Assembly (NCBI RefSeq): GCF_018350175.1
Contig: NC_058368.1
Location: forward strand, 213,530,001-213,594,000
Reading direction: 5' to 3'
Length of the DNA stretch: 64,000 nt
Source of the DNA: Felis catus
Lineage: Eukaryota
Position numbers and translations under genes: made by a program. This document shows, one piece after another, positions 49,601 through 61,925 of this stretch. The notes under the pieces were generated by a model, which saw only the letters and a program-made list of their open reading frames with translations, had not been told where the DNA came from and did not search any database. The first letter of the stretch is position 1; each line of letters starts with the position of its first letter.

Positions 49601-50548
49601 AGCCCCGAACTCCCATGGGACACCATACTATACATATTTTCATACTTCCTCACTTGTTTCCATCTGTCAAACTGGGCCCCACCCCCATTCTTCTCCACTG
49701 ACAGCATCCAATTTCCAAATACAGGACACTAGACAGTGAAATGTCTTGGAGAGAAAAAAATTAATACTGGCCATTTTATTTTTCTTCTTAAACTACAATC
49801 TTCTTGTAAGAAACTCTTCTGTGTTTCTGCAGTAGACAGTAAGCTACTTACTTACTTATTGCTCCATATCCAGGCCCGCAGTTTTGATACAAGTTAAACA
49901 TGAGCAAGGTCACCAGATTTTCCTCTTCCCTTATTAGAAAGGACATTAACAATGAAATACTGTGCTGGGTTGAGGAGAACTCCATGTTCAGGGAAAGGCC
50001 GGTGGACCTATAGTAAGCTTTCTTAGATAGCAATAAAGGAACACTGTTCTGGATATGAGAAAACATGATATTCATTTCACTCTCTTTTTTATTACAGAAA
50101 CATCTTTTTTTCCCAAGTCCGATAGCAAACAATACAGATTGTAGAATTCTGGCCAGCATTCAGTCCACAAAAGAGAAACAAGGAAGTGAATCATTTTTGT
50201 GTAAGTTAGCGGAGTTTTGTTCCCCATCAGACTCTTTCAGCAGGGGGCACCGTCACCATGTGGTGGGTCTCCCAGATGCCTTCACCAGAAGGTTCACCAA
50301 CAAGGGGAAAGGAGGAAAATCCAACCACAATGCACAGTTCATCTGATGTTTCTTTCCCATTGATTGGACCCTGAAGAAAATCTTCCAATTTCCCTGCTCC
50401 TGAATCCACCCTTCTGGAGGCAATAATGCCTTTTAACAGACTGAGAAACTAAAATCAGTTTCCAAAACAACAGCTCATTCAAACTGTCGAGAACTTGAGC
50501 TGTGTCAACAACCCACTGAGCATTCTGGTCACGAGTGATATTAAAAAT

Positions 50549-50744
50549 CAGAGGTCAGCAACTATTTTCTCTAAAGCATCATAGAGAAACTATCTTAGGC
50601 TTTGCAGACCTTATCTGTCTCTGTCCTGTATTCTTGTTTCTTCAGCCCTTTAAAATGTACAATACACATCTAGCTCCCAAGCCCTCTGAATACAAGCTGA
50701 GACAGGCTGGGTTTGGTGCACAGGCCACAGTGGGCTGACCTCTG
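50549..50744. mobile_element. MER58-like hAT MITE with intact terminal inverted repeats
   Basis: Perfect 11-bp TIRs cagaggtcagc / gctgacctctg. Internal 'ttaggctttgcag'. Confidence 0.8.
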
Positions 50745-52927
50745 ACTGCTTCCAGAATGGATCCGGAAAAGGAGTCTGTCCCCCAGTTCAGCCTAAATCA
50801 CAGCAAAAGCACCTGGAACAGGCATGTAAAGGATGGGAGACAAAGGCGCCCCACCCAACTGATGGAGAGTCAGCCAGAAAGGAGACTTGGGGGCAGTGGG
50901 AACAGGAGAGACTGTCCCCCCTCCCCTCTACACACTGGGTGTCGCTCTGGAAGGCAGAGAAGTCAGAGAGAACTAGAGAGCAGCGATAAGGTATGGGCTT
51001 GCCTTGACTAAGCACAGCCCTCCAGGCCTAAAATGCAAAGCCAGAAGATTTGGCTTTCCCAGCCCTACGGATGGACTCGGCCAGCCAGTAAGCGAAGCAG
51101 CTCTCACATCAACCTCCTCAGACACACCCCTGTGGCTAATATGGCATTCTCCAAAGCTCCACTCCAAGGGTGCCAGTACTCAGGCAGGACTATTCCACTG
51201 AAATCTTAAGTTCTCTATCTAATTCTGATGCTTCTGTCACTCTGACCACCCACACCATTTCTGATTGCCGCCAAGTCAGCTCAATTCCACTACTCTGACC
51301 ACTTCGCTGGGGGGAAATGCATGTCCAATTATTCAGGCACCTATCAGAAGCAAGGCCTGGCAATGGCTCCAAAACCCAGGCTTGAGCTGCTCTTTATTCT
51401 GTTCCTCTTCTCATCTCACAAGCCCCAACAATGGAAAGGATGCTCTGAGACTTAGCTGTAACCACGGGAACCACAGATCTGTCTTTAAATTATCCTTGCG
51501 TGTGGCCGCAACCCATGGCCCTCCACATTTATTTTCTACCTCTGAGCATGAAGACATTACTGTGACAGTTTCCAATCCTCTGACCCTCATCTCCCCCCTG
51601 CCCCCACCATGACAAATATTTAGATCCACACTTTACTTTCCAATTCCCTGACTTAGAAGCTGAGCAAAGCAAGCCTGCCTTAATGGAGAAAAAACATTAG
51701 TGCATTCAGGCTTCACTCTGGATCCCGGTCAATTTCGAGATATTTCACAGCTGTTGTACATCTACTTCCTTTCTTGCAAAAGCCAGCAAAAATTAGCAAG
51801 CACCTTGTTGGCACCGAAATATAAAAATACAACAACGGTCAAGCCTGAAAATCAGTTTCTGGTTGGCTATCTTCAAACTATTTGTTCTAAAACAGTGCCT
51901 GAAGTTCATTTATCATCTGCCAAGTTTAAAATCAGTTTTAATTCAATGCTGCATGGTTTGGTAGGATTGTTTTCAAAGCAACCTCCAGAATATAAGTCAT
52001 TTGGTCATCAAAGTAGTCACTGAGAAAAAACTCTTGCTTGGGCAGCTATCAGCACAATTCACGCTAGGTCTGTTTCTGATGTCAATATTATCTACTCATT
52101 CCTTATATGCTTAAAAAAAATGCAAACGTATAAGTTGTGTTCGGAGAGAAGACAGGGTTCTCTCCCCAGCTCGGGTCCCCTCCTACCTGCTTCTGAGCTG
52201 ATCAGGTGAGCCTTCTCTACTGTGCTTCACACCCACTTGAACAGGACAGGCTCCAGAGTTTGTCGTGCTTCATTTCCCTTCTCCATTCAGTCCTTTAAAG
52301 TCCCGGGTTATTAGCTATCAACAAAAATGTGAGCCATGCCAGGGCGTGCTCTGACTTCCTGCCTGCTCCCCATGCTCTACTGAGCTTAGGAGCAGATTTT
52401 CTCTCTCCTCCTCCAGCTTCACCTCCTGCGCTCGAGGGCCCCACCCACAGCACTCAGATCATTTTTCATTTATGAGTGCATCCAGCGAAACTGTGTGTAA
52501 GAGAATGAGCCAACCCCTGCCCTGCCAGTGTCCTGGAACCACGCTGCTAAAGGCGGCTTTAATTTTCCAGGAGTATGGGGGAGCATTAGCTTGTGGCAGA
52601 AGTCATCTGGGGTTTCCTCCTGCAGGTATCTGCAGACCAGACTTCCATCCACAAAGGACCCACACCTTGGTGATGGAGTTGTAAGAGCATCAGTACGCAG
52701 ATGCCACAACCTGAAATACCCTGAAGATTTCAGGCACGAGACAACAAAAATACACTAAAAATGTGAAGCCAGGATGATCAGTGAAGAAACAGCACCCAGT
52801 GACCTATTTTACTTTGCACTTATTAAAAGGCCAGGTTTCTTACTGCATTTAAATGGGAATAAAAACTGAGACTCTAAATAATATTATAAAGAAGCCCACT
52901 GGTAAGTAAAAGACCATTTGTGTGTGT

Positions 52928-53141
52928 GTTTTTTTTTAATGTTTATTTATTTTGAGAGAGAGAGAAACGGGAGGGGCAGAGAGAGAGAGAAAGGGAGAGA
53001 AGGGAAGCCAAGCAGGCTGCATGCCAAGAGCACGGAGTCCGACGTGGGGCTTGATCTCACGAACCACGAGATCATGACCTGAGCCAAAATCAAGAGTCAG
53101 ATGCTTAACCCGCTTAACTGACTGAGCCACCCAGGTGTCCC
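52928..53141 (-). mobile_element. CAN-SINE
   Basis: Ends 'ctgagccacccaggtgtccc'. TSD gtaaaagaccatttgt / gtaagagaccatttgt. Confidence 0.95.
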
Positions 53142-54724
53142 AGTAAGAGACCATTTGTAAAAAAAGGAAAAAAAGGAGCCCGTTGCCATGATGATCCCTA
53201 ATCTATAAGTTTCCTATTCCAACAACACTTGCATCTTCCATTCTGGACCACTACTTGCAAAAATAGAGATTATGAACCAGCTCCTGAGAACACTTACCCA
53301 GCTGGAATGTCGGCAGCTACAAAGATGATAAGATTTTATCAGGAAATAGAATTTTTAAAAATAGGCTCCCCCAAACCAATACACATGTATCATGACTTCC
53401 ACTACGTACAAAATTCACCTTATCTGCAGCTGGAGCAAAAGGGGTCGTTCATGTCCCACCAACCAGGTCCTGAAAACCCTATGGCCTTCGGAGTAGATAT
53501 GAAAATTTGCACAAAGCCATTAAAATGGGAATGTGTTATTATGAAAATACTGACAGTCTTTTAGTAGCTGTTCTTGTCAGGAACGAGAAAGGAGCAATTC
53601 CTCTGCTCAATGGCAGGCATGCTCGGGTCAGGCTTTAGAGTTGATGTTGGTCTGTTTTCACTCTCATCATTTATTTTAGAGTTTTATCCAATATGGATTT
53701 CCTCCTATGTTTCCTCGTGTTGTCTAAAGCTAGTCCCAATCACCAGGGGAAGTTCTTAAGTTTAAAAAATTGCTTTTTAATTTCCCTATATTGAAAAGCT
53801 GATGACTTAGGATCCAGACTTAAAGTCTGCTTCTTTCTTTAATTAGATGGTTACAATGTCCCCTAAGAAAAAAATGCTATACATCTTCATGTTTCAAGTG
53901 GGTTCTAGTCATCTAGTCTAGTCTAAGACCACATCCTTGAAAAAAATTAGGTGATCTGCTTTTTACAGAGCAGACCCAGAGAAGCAAGACACAAAGTCAC
54001 TGGTAAATACATGATGTGTCACTGGCAGGGCAAAAAGAACTGACGGGAAGATCAGTTCCTAGTCTCTAAGCCCGAAAAGGGAACCCCGGACCGGTTCCAG
54101 TTTTCCCATGCCAACCAGGAGCCTGAAGGTTGATTACATGGGTACCCTTCTGGGATTCACCTCCCTAGTTCCAGGACAGTTGACTTGCTCTGAGTTTAAG
54201 CTTAAAAGGAGGGTTTCTGTTCTTTAAAAAAAAAATTTAAGGAGTGAGGGAAAAAAAGGAGGTTAAAATTTTCTTGATCCATAACCAACTAGTCTTAGAG
54301 GTAAAGTTTGCCTATACTCGCTGCAGTGTTAGTTTGTGAGATGGCCAAAAATCGATGGTGAAACCAGTTATTCTGCCCGCCTCCTGTTCTCTCAACCAAG
54401 GGTGGATAATATATATTATATAATTTTGCTTTAAGGGAAATTGCTGTTACATTTACTCACAGAAGTAGCCATGCAGCCTGTACTAGACAAATACACAAGC
54501 CATTAGAGGCATCTAACCATCCAAGGTTCTGGGGAAGAGGAGATTTGGGTCAAACCTCCCATGGTAGAATTGGAGCTCTGCTTTCTTCTCTCACTTTTAC
54601 ACCTAAGGCTCTCCCATGAGCAAAAGCAGAAGGGTAACAAACAAAGGCAGCATCAGAAGGACAGGGAGCTAGAGAATGTTCCAGAAATCCCTAACAGAGA
54701 AAGAAATCAACAAGCCAAAGGACA

Positions 54725-55462
54725 CTCTGGATACACACCCCACAGAATTGAAAGCAGGGACACAAATGACTATACGCACAACCACGTTTACAGCAGCAAT
54801 TCCCAAAAGGTCGAGGCAACCCAAGTGCCCATTGACTACTTAATGGATTAAAAAAATGTGGTATATACATAAAATGGAATACTACTTAGCCCTAAAGAGG
54901 AGATTCTGATGCATGCTACGACAGGGATGAACCTCGAAGACATTATGCTGAGTGAAGAACACGGGCACAAAAAGATAAATGTCCCCTGATTCCTCTTATG
55001 TCAGGTACCTAAGGGTAACCAGATTCACAGGGACAGAAAGTAAAATGGTGAATGCCAAGGGCTGGAGAGAGGGGAGAATACAGAGTTATTGTTTAATGGG
55101 TACAGAGTTTCAGTTTTGCAAGAGACGATGTTCTGGAGACAGATGGTGGTGGTGGTCACACAACAATGTGGTCACATCTAATGCCATAGAACTGCATGCT
55201 TAAAAATAGCTAAAATGGCGGGCAACTAGGTGGCTCAGTCACTTGAGCATCCAACTTTGGCTCAGGTCATGATCTCGTGGTTCATGAGTTCAAGCCCTGC
55301 ATCAGGCTCTGTGCTGACAGCTCAGAGCCCGCTTTGGATCCTCTGTTCCCCCCTCTCTCTGCCCCTCCCCTGCACGGTCTCTCTCTCTCTCAAAAATAAA
55401 CATTAAAAAAAAAAAGGAAAAAAAATCGCTAACATGGTAAATTCTATGTTACATACACTTTT
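54725..55462 (+). mobile_element. Old L1 (L1MB-like) 3' region, interrupted by a SINE
   Basis: 'agaattgaaagcaggga...aaaatgtggtatatacat...tgtttaatgggtacagagtttcagttt' resumes after the SINE as 'atggtaaattctatgtta'. Confidence 0.9.
55220..55425 (+). mobile_element. Feline CAN-SINE nested in L1
   Basis: TSD aaaatagctaaaatgg / aaaatcgctaacatgg. Confidence 0.93.
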
Positions 55463-56169
55463 ATAAAGCTAATGGAACCTGCATCTTCTCTGCAATTGCC
55501 CCTTGGCCAGTCTTATGACTATCATGCTTCATATTATTAAAGCCACAAAGTGAAAAGACTACCCCTTGCCAATTCATAAATGACTTGACAACAACAGGAA
55601 GCACTAAAATTGCCTCCTTTCTTTTCCCCATCCCCCAGAATGTTGTGAACTCCACCCATGTGCTCAGTTTGTTTCTATATTCTGTGATGGGAGAGGATAA
55701 TGTCAGTACTGATGGGCAACACCCTCAGACTTGTTCAAGCACGGAGAGCCCCGGCCTGGAAATGTGAACAAACGGCTCCCTTCCAACCTGGCCACCAAGG
55801 CAGCTCTCGTGGAGTTCACACACCCCTCTCACCTCGCTCAACTCCAGCAGCACCTACTGATACCATTGTGTTTTTTTGGTCCCTACTTGTATACAGAACT
55901 GGTTTTTGTTTGCTTTTGCAATTGAATCTGAGACCAAAAGTCCGGTGGATGGAGCAGCTTTCAGCTCTCTGATCAGCCCTTCTCAGTCTCCATGCTCAAC
56001 TTGCCTCCTCCCTGCCGGCAACCAGGTGAGACCAGAATGGGCATGAGCGTCTCTCCCCACCCCCTCCCTGGGTCACACCCCCACTGCCAAGCAACTACAA
56101 CCAAGTGAGAGCCTCTAGCTCCTCAATCTCCATCTTCTTCCAGAGCTTCAGACCCAGACCTCTGCCTGC

Positions 56170-56600
56170 CTCCTGCCCTGTTCCACCTGCATGGCGGGTA
56201 GCATCTCACACTCAGCGTGCCCTGAAATAAAAACCATCATGCTCTCCCTCAAACCAGCCCATCCTCCTATATTCCCTCTTTTAATTAATGTCCACCCCTG
56301 GTCACCCAGCATTCGAGTCCCCACCCACTGCCCTCTTTCCTTCGCACTTGGTGGTTGGTTGGGTCCTGTCTGTTCCACTTTGTACGTCTTTCGTTGTCCC
56401 CTCCCCTGTATTTTGTCATGTTTAGGGTCTTGATTCCAAAGTCTTCTCTGTTCCTCAGTTGTCTACCCCTCCAATCTATCCTGCACACAGAGACATCCGC
56501 TGGCAAGTATGTAAGATCTGCTTGATAATTTCTCACCGCTCTAATAATTTCTCATCGCCCGAAGGATGAAGCCTAAATATCTTTACTCTTGATCTAGCCC
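56170..56600 (+). mobile_element. L2 remnant
   Basis: 'gcatctcacactcagcgtg...ccctcaaacc...ccctccaatctatcctgcacacag'. Confidence 0.5.
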
Positions 56601-56667
56601 CATCGCCTGCATCGTGAAACACACTGGCTACTGCTCTTTTTCATCTGTTTATGCTTCTCACATATAC

Positions 56668-56792
56668 CAGTGCTTTTCAACAGGGCAAGATTTTACGCCC
56701 TGTGGAAAGGAGGAGGGCTTGCTACTGACATCTAAAGGGTAGAGGTAGTGCTAAACATCCGACAATGCGCAAGACAGCCCTCTGCAACAAAC
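56668..56792. mobile_element. MER20-like hAT remnant
   Basis: 'tgctactgacatcta...gggtagagg...tgctaaacatccgacaatgcgcaagacagccc'. Confidence 0.7.
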
Positions 56793-59728
56793 ACAGAGGA
56801 TATGGGTTCTTACGGCGTTGGATTACACTGTATTTATTACCACAATGGCTTCCCACTCTGGGGCTGCAAGCATGCATGTTGTCAGGTGCAGAAAGTTACA
56901 TGAATGAGACAAGGAGGTTAGGCAAGAGCAACAGGGGTGGTGAAAACTGGAGCAGCCATCTCCGTCCTAAGGAACTCAGAGTCAACATTCCAAAAACCCT
57001 GAGCTGAACCACTGCAGCTTCTACGAGGCTCGTGAGCAGAGGTGAGGACTGCTCGCTTCTCTGGCACTTGCTCCATTGAAAGTGCTGGATCAACATTTAC
57101 TGGAAAGTTCCCTTTTGTATTTCCTTCAGAGTGCTACCTTCCCCTAAATTCTAGCGAATAAATGGGAAAACAGGACAAAGCTCTCTTCATGTCAAATCCT
57201 TAAAACAGTTTCACTGTCCTTTTGAATGTTTTTTTTCTCAAGGGTTCTTTCTTTGTACAATTCATTACCCTATTCCAGTTTTCCCACAAATACATTCAAC
57301 AAAGTGCCAGTTTGAGAAGATGCCCTGTGGAAGAAGGGCTCCATGGTCCAATACGTTTGAGAAGTGTTGCAGACTAGCTCTCCCTTTAATTAGTGCATCC
57401 AGATCTTACTTTATCAAACAGCTCCCACCCCTTTCTATAATATAGCTGATTAATAGCAAACAAGTGTGTTGAGGATTTTTCAAACACTCTCCAGCATTCT
57501 CCTTGGCCATCTGATTTGCCCTTCCATCTAGATGGGGCACTCTTTGGTTTAAACTTGCACATGGGTGCAGGAAAGTTCCAGCTGCCCCTAACTCCGTCCC
57601 CATCTCTGAGGCCAGGATGGGTCTCTCCCCGCTTTTCCCATCTTCATAACTTGCCTCCACATCTACAGGAATGTGGGCACATTGAGACTTCCCAGCTTTC
57701 TTCGGGAAGGAGCTGTCTTAGGAAAAGATGGAGGGAGGAAATGAGAGCTATGCTATGGTCAGTGGTGGCAATCGAATAGGAGGTACCCACTGGCATGGCC
57801 CAAGGACTTGGGATCTTGGACAATGACACGTGATTCTTAGGCCCAGCCTTACAGAATCAAGGCCCATTGATGAGGATTATGTCAGTCCATTCAAAAAGAA
57901 AAGTGTGTCTCTTCTGCACCCAGATGGAGGAAAGGATCAATCATTTTGGACAAGGAAAGTCTAACGTCAGAGGAGTAGAAAGTCTTTATGACACACACCA
58001 CCAGAGACACGTTTGCCATACTCCTCCACAGAGAGGTGGACCAGCCCATGCCCTGACTTCAAGGCATTTGTACCTCCTCAGACCCTAGCCAAGGACAAAG
58101 TGCTTAGACCAACCAGCCACTGGTCTTAGCCACAAGAGTGGTGCTTGGTCCCCACTTTCTATCCTGGCTTGTCAGTCCAATCAATCCTTTGAATTGAGGC
58201 AGTTTCTTTCATAGAAATGGAGACGTTTTTGCTTTTGGAAGCTAAATCCACCCCCATCATAACTTGAACTCACTCCTGGGAAACCTGCCCCAGACCTGAG
58301 GACCCCCACGGACCAAGCCATGAGTGTTGATAACTCACACTCAGCTGAGCACAGGGAACAAGCAGTTTCCTTAGCCAATGTCACCAGCCACCTTCAGCTC
58401 GACACCTCTCTGTAATGCCTCTCATGGCCTTGGGCTCTCTAAGACATCAATTTTTGTGAGCATCTCTGCAGACATTTCCCCAAAGATTTCCGTAAGATTA
58501 GCTACCCCTCAAGACCAGAATCAGACAAGTAATTAATAAGGGTCTCCTGTAAGCACCTATGCAACGTGAATTTGCTGGGCAGGCAAGACCCTGTTCATTC
58601 GAAAAGATTCCCACCACTTGCCATGTAACACGTGCTGAACGAGAAGTGACAGATACAGGCAGTCAGGGCTCCAGGATCCCCACAGGGAGGTGTCATGATG
58701 GGCGGGGTAATCAAGAGTGACTTCCACAGGAAGTGGGTCCTACAGAAAGTCTTAAAGTCAGCTTCTTGGTCTTGGCTTTTCCCACAGCTCCACACTTCTC
58801 CCAGATAAATAGAGAGTGGGCTACGTCTCATAGATGCGGCTTCAGGAGACAACTGCATTCCAGCCAGACCCACCCGACCTGACACACTGGCATGGTGAGC
58901 AGAACATGCCAAATGGCAAGCTTGTTAAACAGGCATTCTGGAAAGGACCGCTGCCAGCCAGGTTTGGGATCAGATTGCTGCCCATGCCACTAGGTGTGTA
59001 TGAACCAGATAAGCATGACACAGGCCACAGTCACAAGTCCGCTAGAATGCCACACAGGGGAAATAAAAACAGCGGGCAGGGTTTGGAATCTCCAGCCTTC
59101 TGTATTTTATTTTCACTGCACTGATATCGTCCAAGAGTGAAGGTGTTGCCATCCGCTTGGCTTTCGGAAACTTAAGGTGACGCGGATGATTCGTTACTCC
59201 CTAACAATCCCCCTGAGGCAGGTGCGCCCCAAACACACATAGACTGTAGAGTTACACAGAAGACTCAGGGCAGAGAGCAGGGTTCTAGGTAGTGTTCTCG
59301 TGCAGCAAGAGATTAAGCTAAATTTTGACTCCTGCCGAGGTGCTGAGTGGTCAAGGGAAGCCACTGATGCTACATCACTTGGGTCACCGGATCAGAGTGC
59401 ACACTCCAAAAACACTCCACACCGTGTGATCATGTGATGGGGCTGCAGGTGCACCTCAGAAGGTCTGGTGAAATGTGTTGGAACTGGACATTTTTTTTTT
59501 TAAAGCAGTTTCTATAACTAGCCAACTCCTCCCCCACCCCCTGCCCTGTCTTCTTGGGCTCTTCTGTAAGCTTAATAGTGGCAACGGAGTTCCCTGTGGT
59601 GCTTTGGGTCTTAAAGGTTTATTGCACCCAGTCTGTAATTTTCAGATCTCAAAATAATTCCTGTTAAAAAAATACAGTCCCCTAAGCTTACCAAGTCTAC
59701 ATTATGATTAAAAATTATTAGAGTTTTA

Positions 59729-59939
59729 GGGCACCTGGGTGGCTCAGTCGGTTAAGCATCCAACTTTGGCTCAGGTCATGATCTCGCGGTTCATGGATTC
59801 GAGCCCTATGTTGGGCTCTGTGCTGACAGCTCAAAGCCCAGAGCCCGTTTCAGATTCTGTGTCTCCCTCTCTCTCTGCCCCTCCCCTGCTCAATCACGCT
59901 TCCTCTCTCTCTCTCTCAAAAAGAAATAAACATTAAAAA
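59729..59939 (+). mobile_element. Feline CAN-SINE
   Basis: Head 'gggcacctgggtggctcagtcggttaagc', CT tract, AATAAA. TSD attattagagt. Confidence 0.95.
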
Positions 59940-61834
59940 TATTATTAGAGTCTTTCTTATTCAAGTAGGAAAGGGTGGGTGAGGCCCTTGGAGGAGGAAA
60001 CCCATCAAAAGCCACATTAGACTCAATGACATGTTTGCACTCAAATGTACATTAAGGTATTTCTCATCTTTACCAGGAAGAATCTACTCTTGGAATCATG
60101 CATGGTTCTGTGGGGATAGGAACTTGACTTACAAAACCACAGTTTTCAGAAGCAACGGTGAGGAAGCTGGGTCATACATGGAAATTTCTTTCTATGAGCC
60201 TCCAAACAATTAGTTATTTGTTTCCCGTCCCCCCTTTTTTTCCCACAAGAAGAATTTCTCTAAATAATTGGAGACTTCCCATGGGAATCAGGCAATGGTG
60301 ACTTCCAGGTCTTAAACGTTATCTAAAACAGTTTAAAAACAAAAGCCCCAAGAATGTGCCTAACTTCGTAACAATGAAAACTCTGGCAGTAAGAACAGCA
60401 GCCAAAGCACAAAACTGCAAATACCTCACAGGAGGGCGATGCCTTGGCTTGTACTCAACCAAGAATAGTGTGGTCCTCCCAGCACTGACCAATGAAAGCG
60501 TAATTTTTAAGACTCAGGGAAAAAAAGTTCACAAAAGGTCTTCACATTCTAATAAGTAGACTATCAGACTCCCAAAGAAAATAAACTGGGCTCAAGAACT
60601 TCAGAAATTACTTTAGCTGCAACTTTTCATGACATACACCTCAGATTTCAGAGAGCCGAAGGGGGGCTGGACGCTTCACAGAGCATTGCAGGCTGAGAGC
60701 ACAGACTACGTCTCACAGTTTAAGGAACTTCCCCAAGTTGCCAACCAAACCAGGTCTGCCTGTTCCTTTCCTTCCCAAATCCTCTGTTCTCTCCTCTCCG
60801 GCACCGTTTTCTTAACATGTCCCGTTTGTCACAGAGAGTCTCTTAGGAGGGACAGCACATTTTGTGCAAAGAGTGAGCTTCGGTTGGACCACGGCGGGTT
60901 AAGAACCTTCTCTGCTTACTCGCTCCGTGAAGAGTAACAGACCTCAACACCTTGCCTTCCGCGTCTGAAAAAGTACAATGCATTTTCAGAGTCGTTGCTA
61001 AAATAGAGAGATGGTGGTATCTGGGATCATCTCAGCGCCGACCACATAGCAGGCATTCAATGAACTATGGTTACAGTGACCACTGTATGAGACCCGCTCA
61101 TCCTACCCCTAGTCCTTGGCATTTCAGTCTCCTCTCTTAGTTGTTCTGCTAACCGAATTACACACGGCTTGTCCTGCTTCCAAACGTTCCTGGCTTAACT
61201 GAAAGTGACAAAGGGGAAACTGGGAAGGGAAAGCAGAGGGCTTGGTGAAGGGCAGTGTGAAAAGATCCAGGAGTCGGTGCTGAGTGTTCCCCCAAAGGGG
61301 CTGCCAGCTCCAATCAAGCCACCGCTTACTTGACAAGAGGAGCGAAGAGGGAACCACATGCTGCCCAGGGTTTTCCCTGAAAAGCCACACAAAACGCCCA
61401 CGTGGAGCTCTGTCAAAAAGATCCAGGCTTCCACTCGGAAGGGCGTGGAACTTTGCTTCTCAGGAGCGAGAGCTTCATCTATCTTTTTTTTCCAGATTAC
61501 TTCCTGTCAGGATAGGCGTGAGTCAGGTCCCTTTTTTTTTTTTCTTTTTTTCTTTTTTTTACTTGATGAAAAAATGGAAGAGAAAAGAAGTGTAATGATT
61601 AAAGCTACTTTAAAAATTAAAGGAGAAGACTGAACTAGATTAGCTATGCTACTTGAAAAGAAAGGTTACCTGAGAGCCCCTGGAACTCCCAGGAGAGCCA
61701 CGGCTGTCTTTCCTTGTCCTTTCCATAGACTCTATAATATGTCTCGAGGGAGAACTCTGAAGTACCCAGAATGATGTCCGCAAATGATTTCCAGATGGTT
61801 CTTTCCCTGACTTAACTTCTCAATCCCAGGAACT

Positions 61835-61925
61835 CTGTGTGCTCACTGTAGCTGGCTCCCTGTTACCTGTAGGGGTAACCTGTGTGCTCACTGTAGCTGG
61901 CTCCCTGTTACCTGTTACCTGTAGG
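61835..61925. repeat. Two-copy direct repeat (36 bp identical, period 45)
   Basis: ctgtgtgctcactgtagctggctccctgttacctgt at 61835-61870 and 61880-61915. Confidence 0.95.

Noticed and set aside
54075..54165. NF-kB-like motif cluster
   Set aside because: The matches are imperfect and expected by chance in 64 kb.
6618..59939. tRNA genes
   Set aside because: All tRNA-like A/B-box sequences are SINE heads followed by CT tracts, poly-A tails and TSDs.
778..61925. Spaced 21-36 bp direct repeats as CRISPR-like arrays
   Set aside because: Each has only two copies, they are unrelated to one another, no cas genes are present, and the DNA is mammalian.
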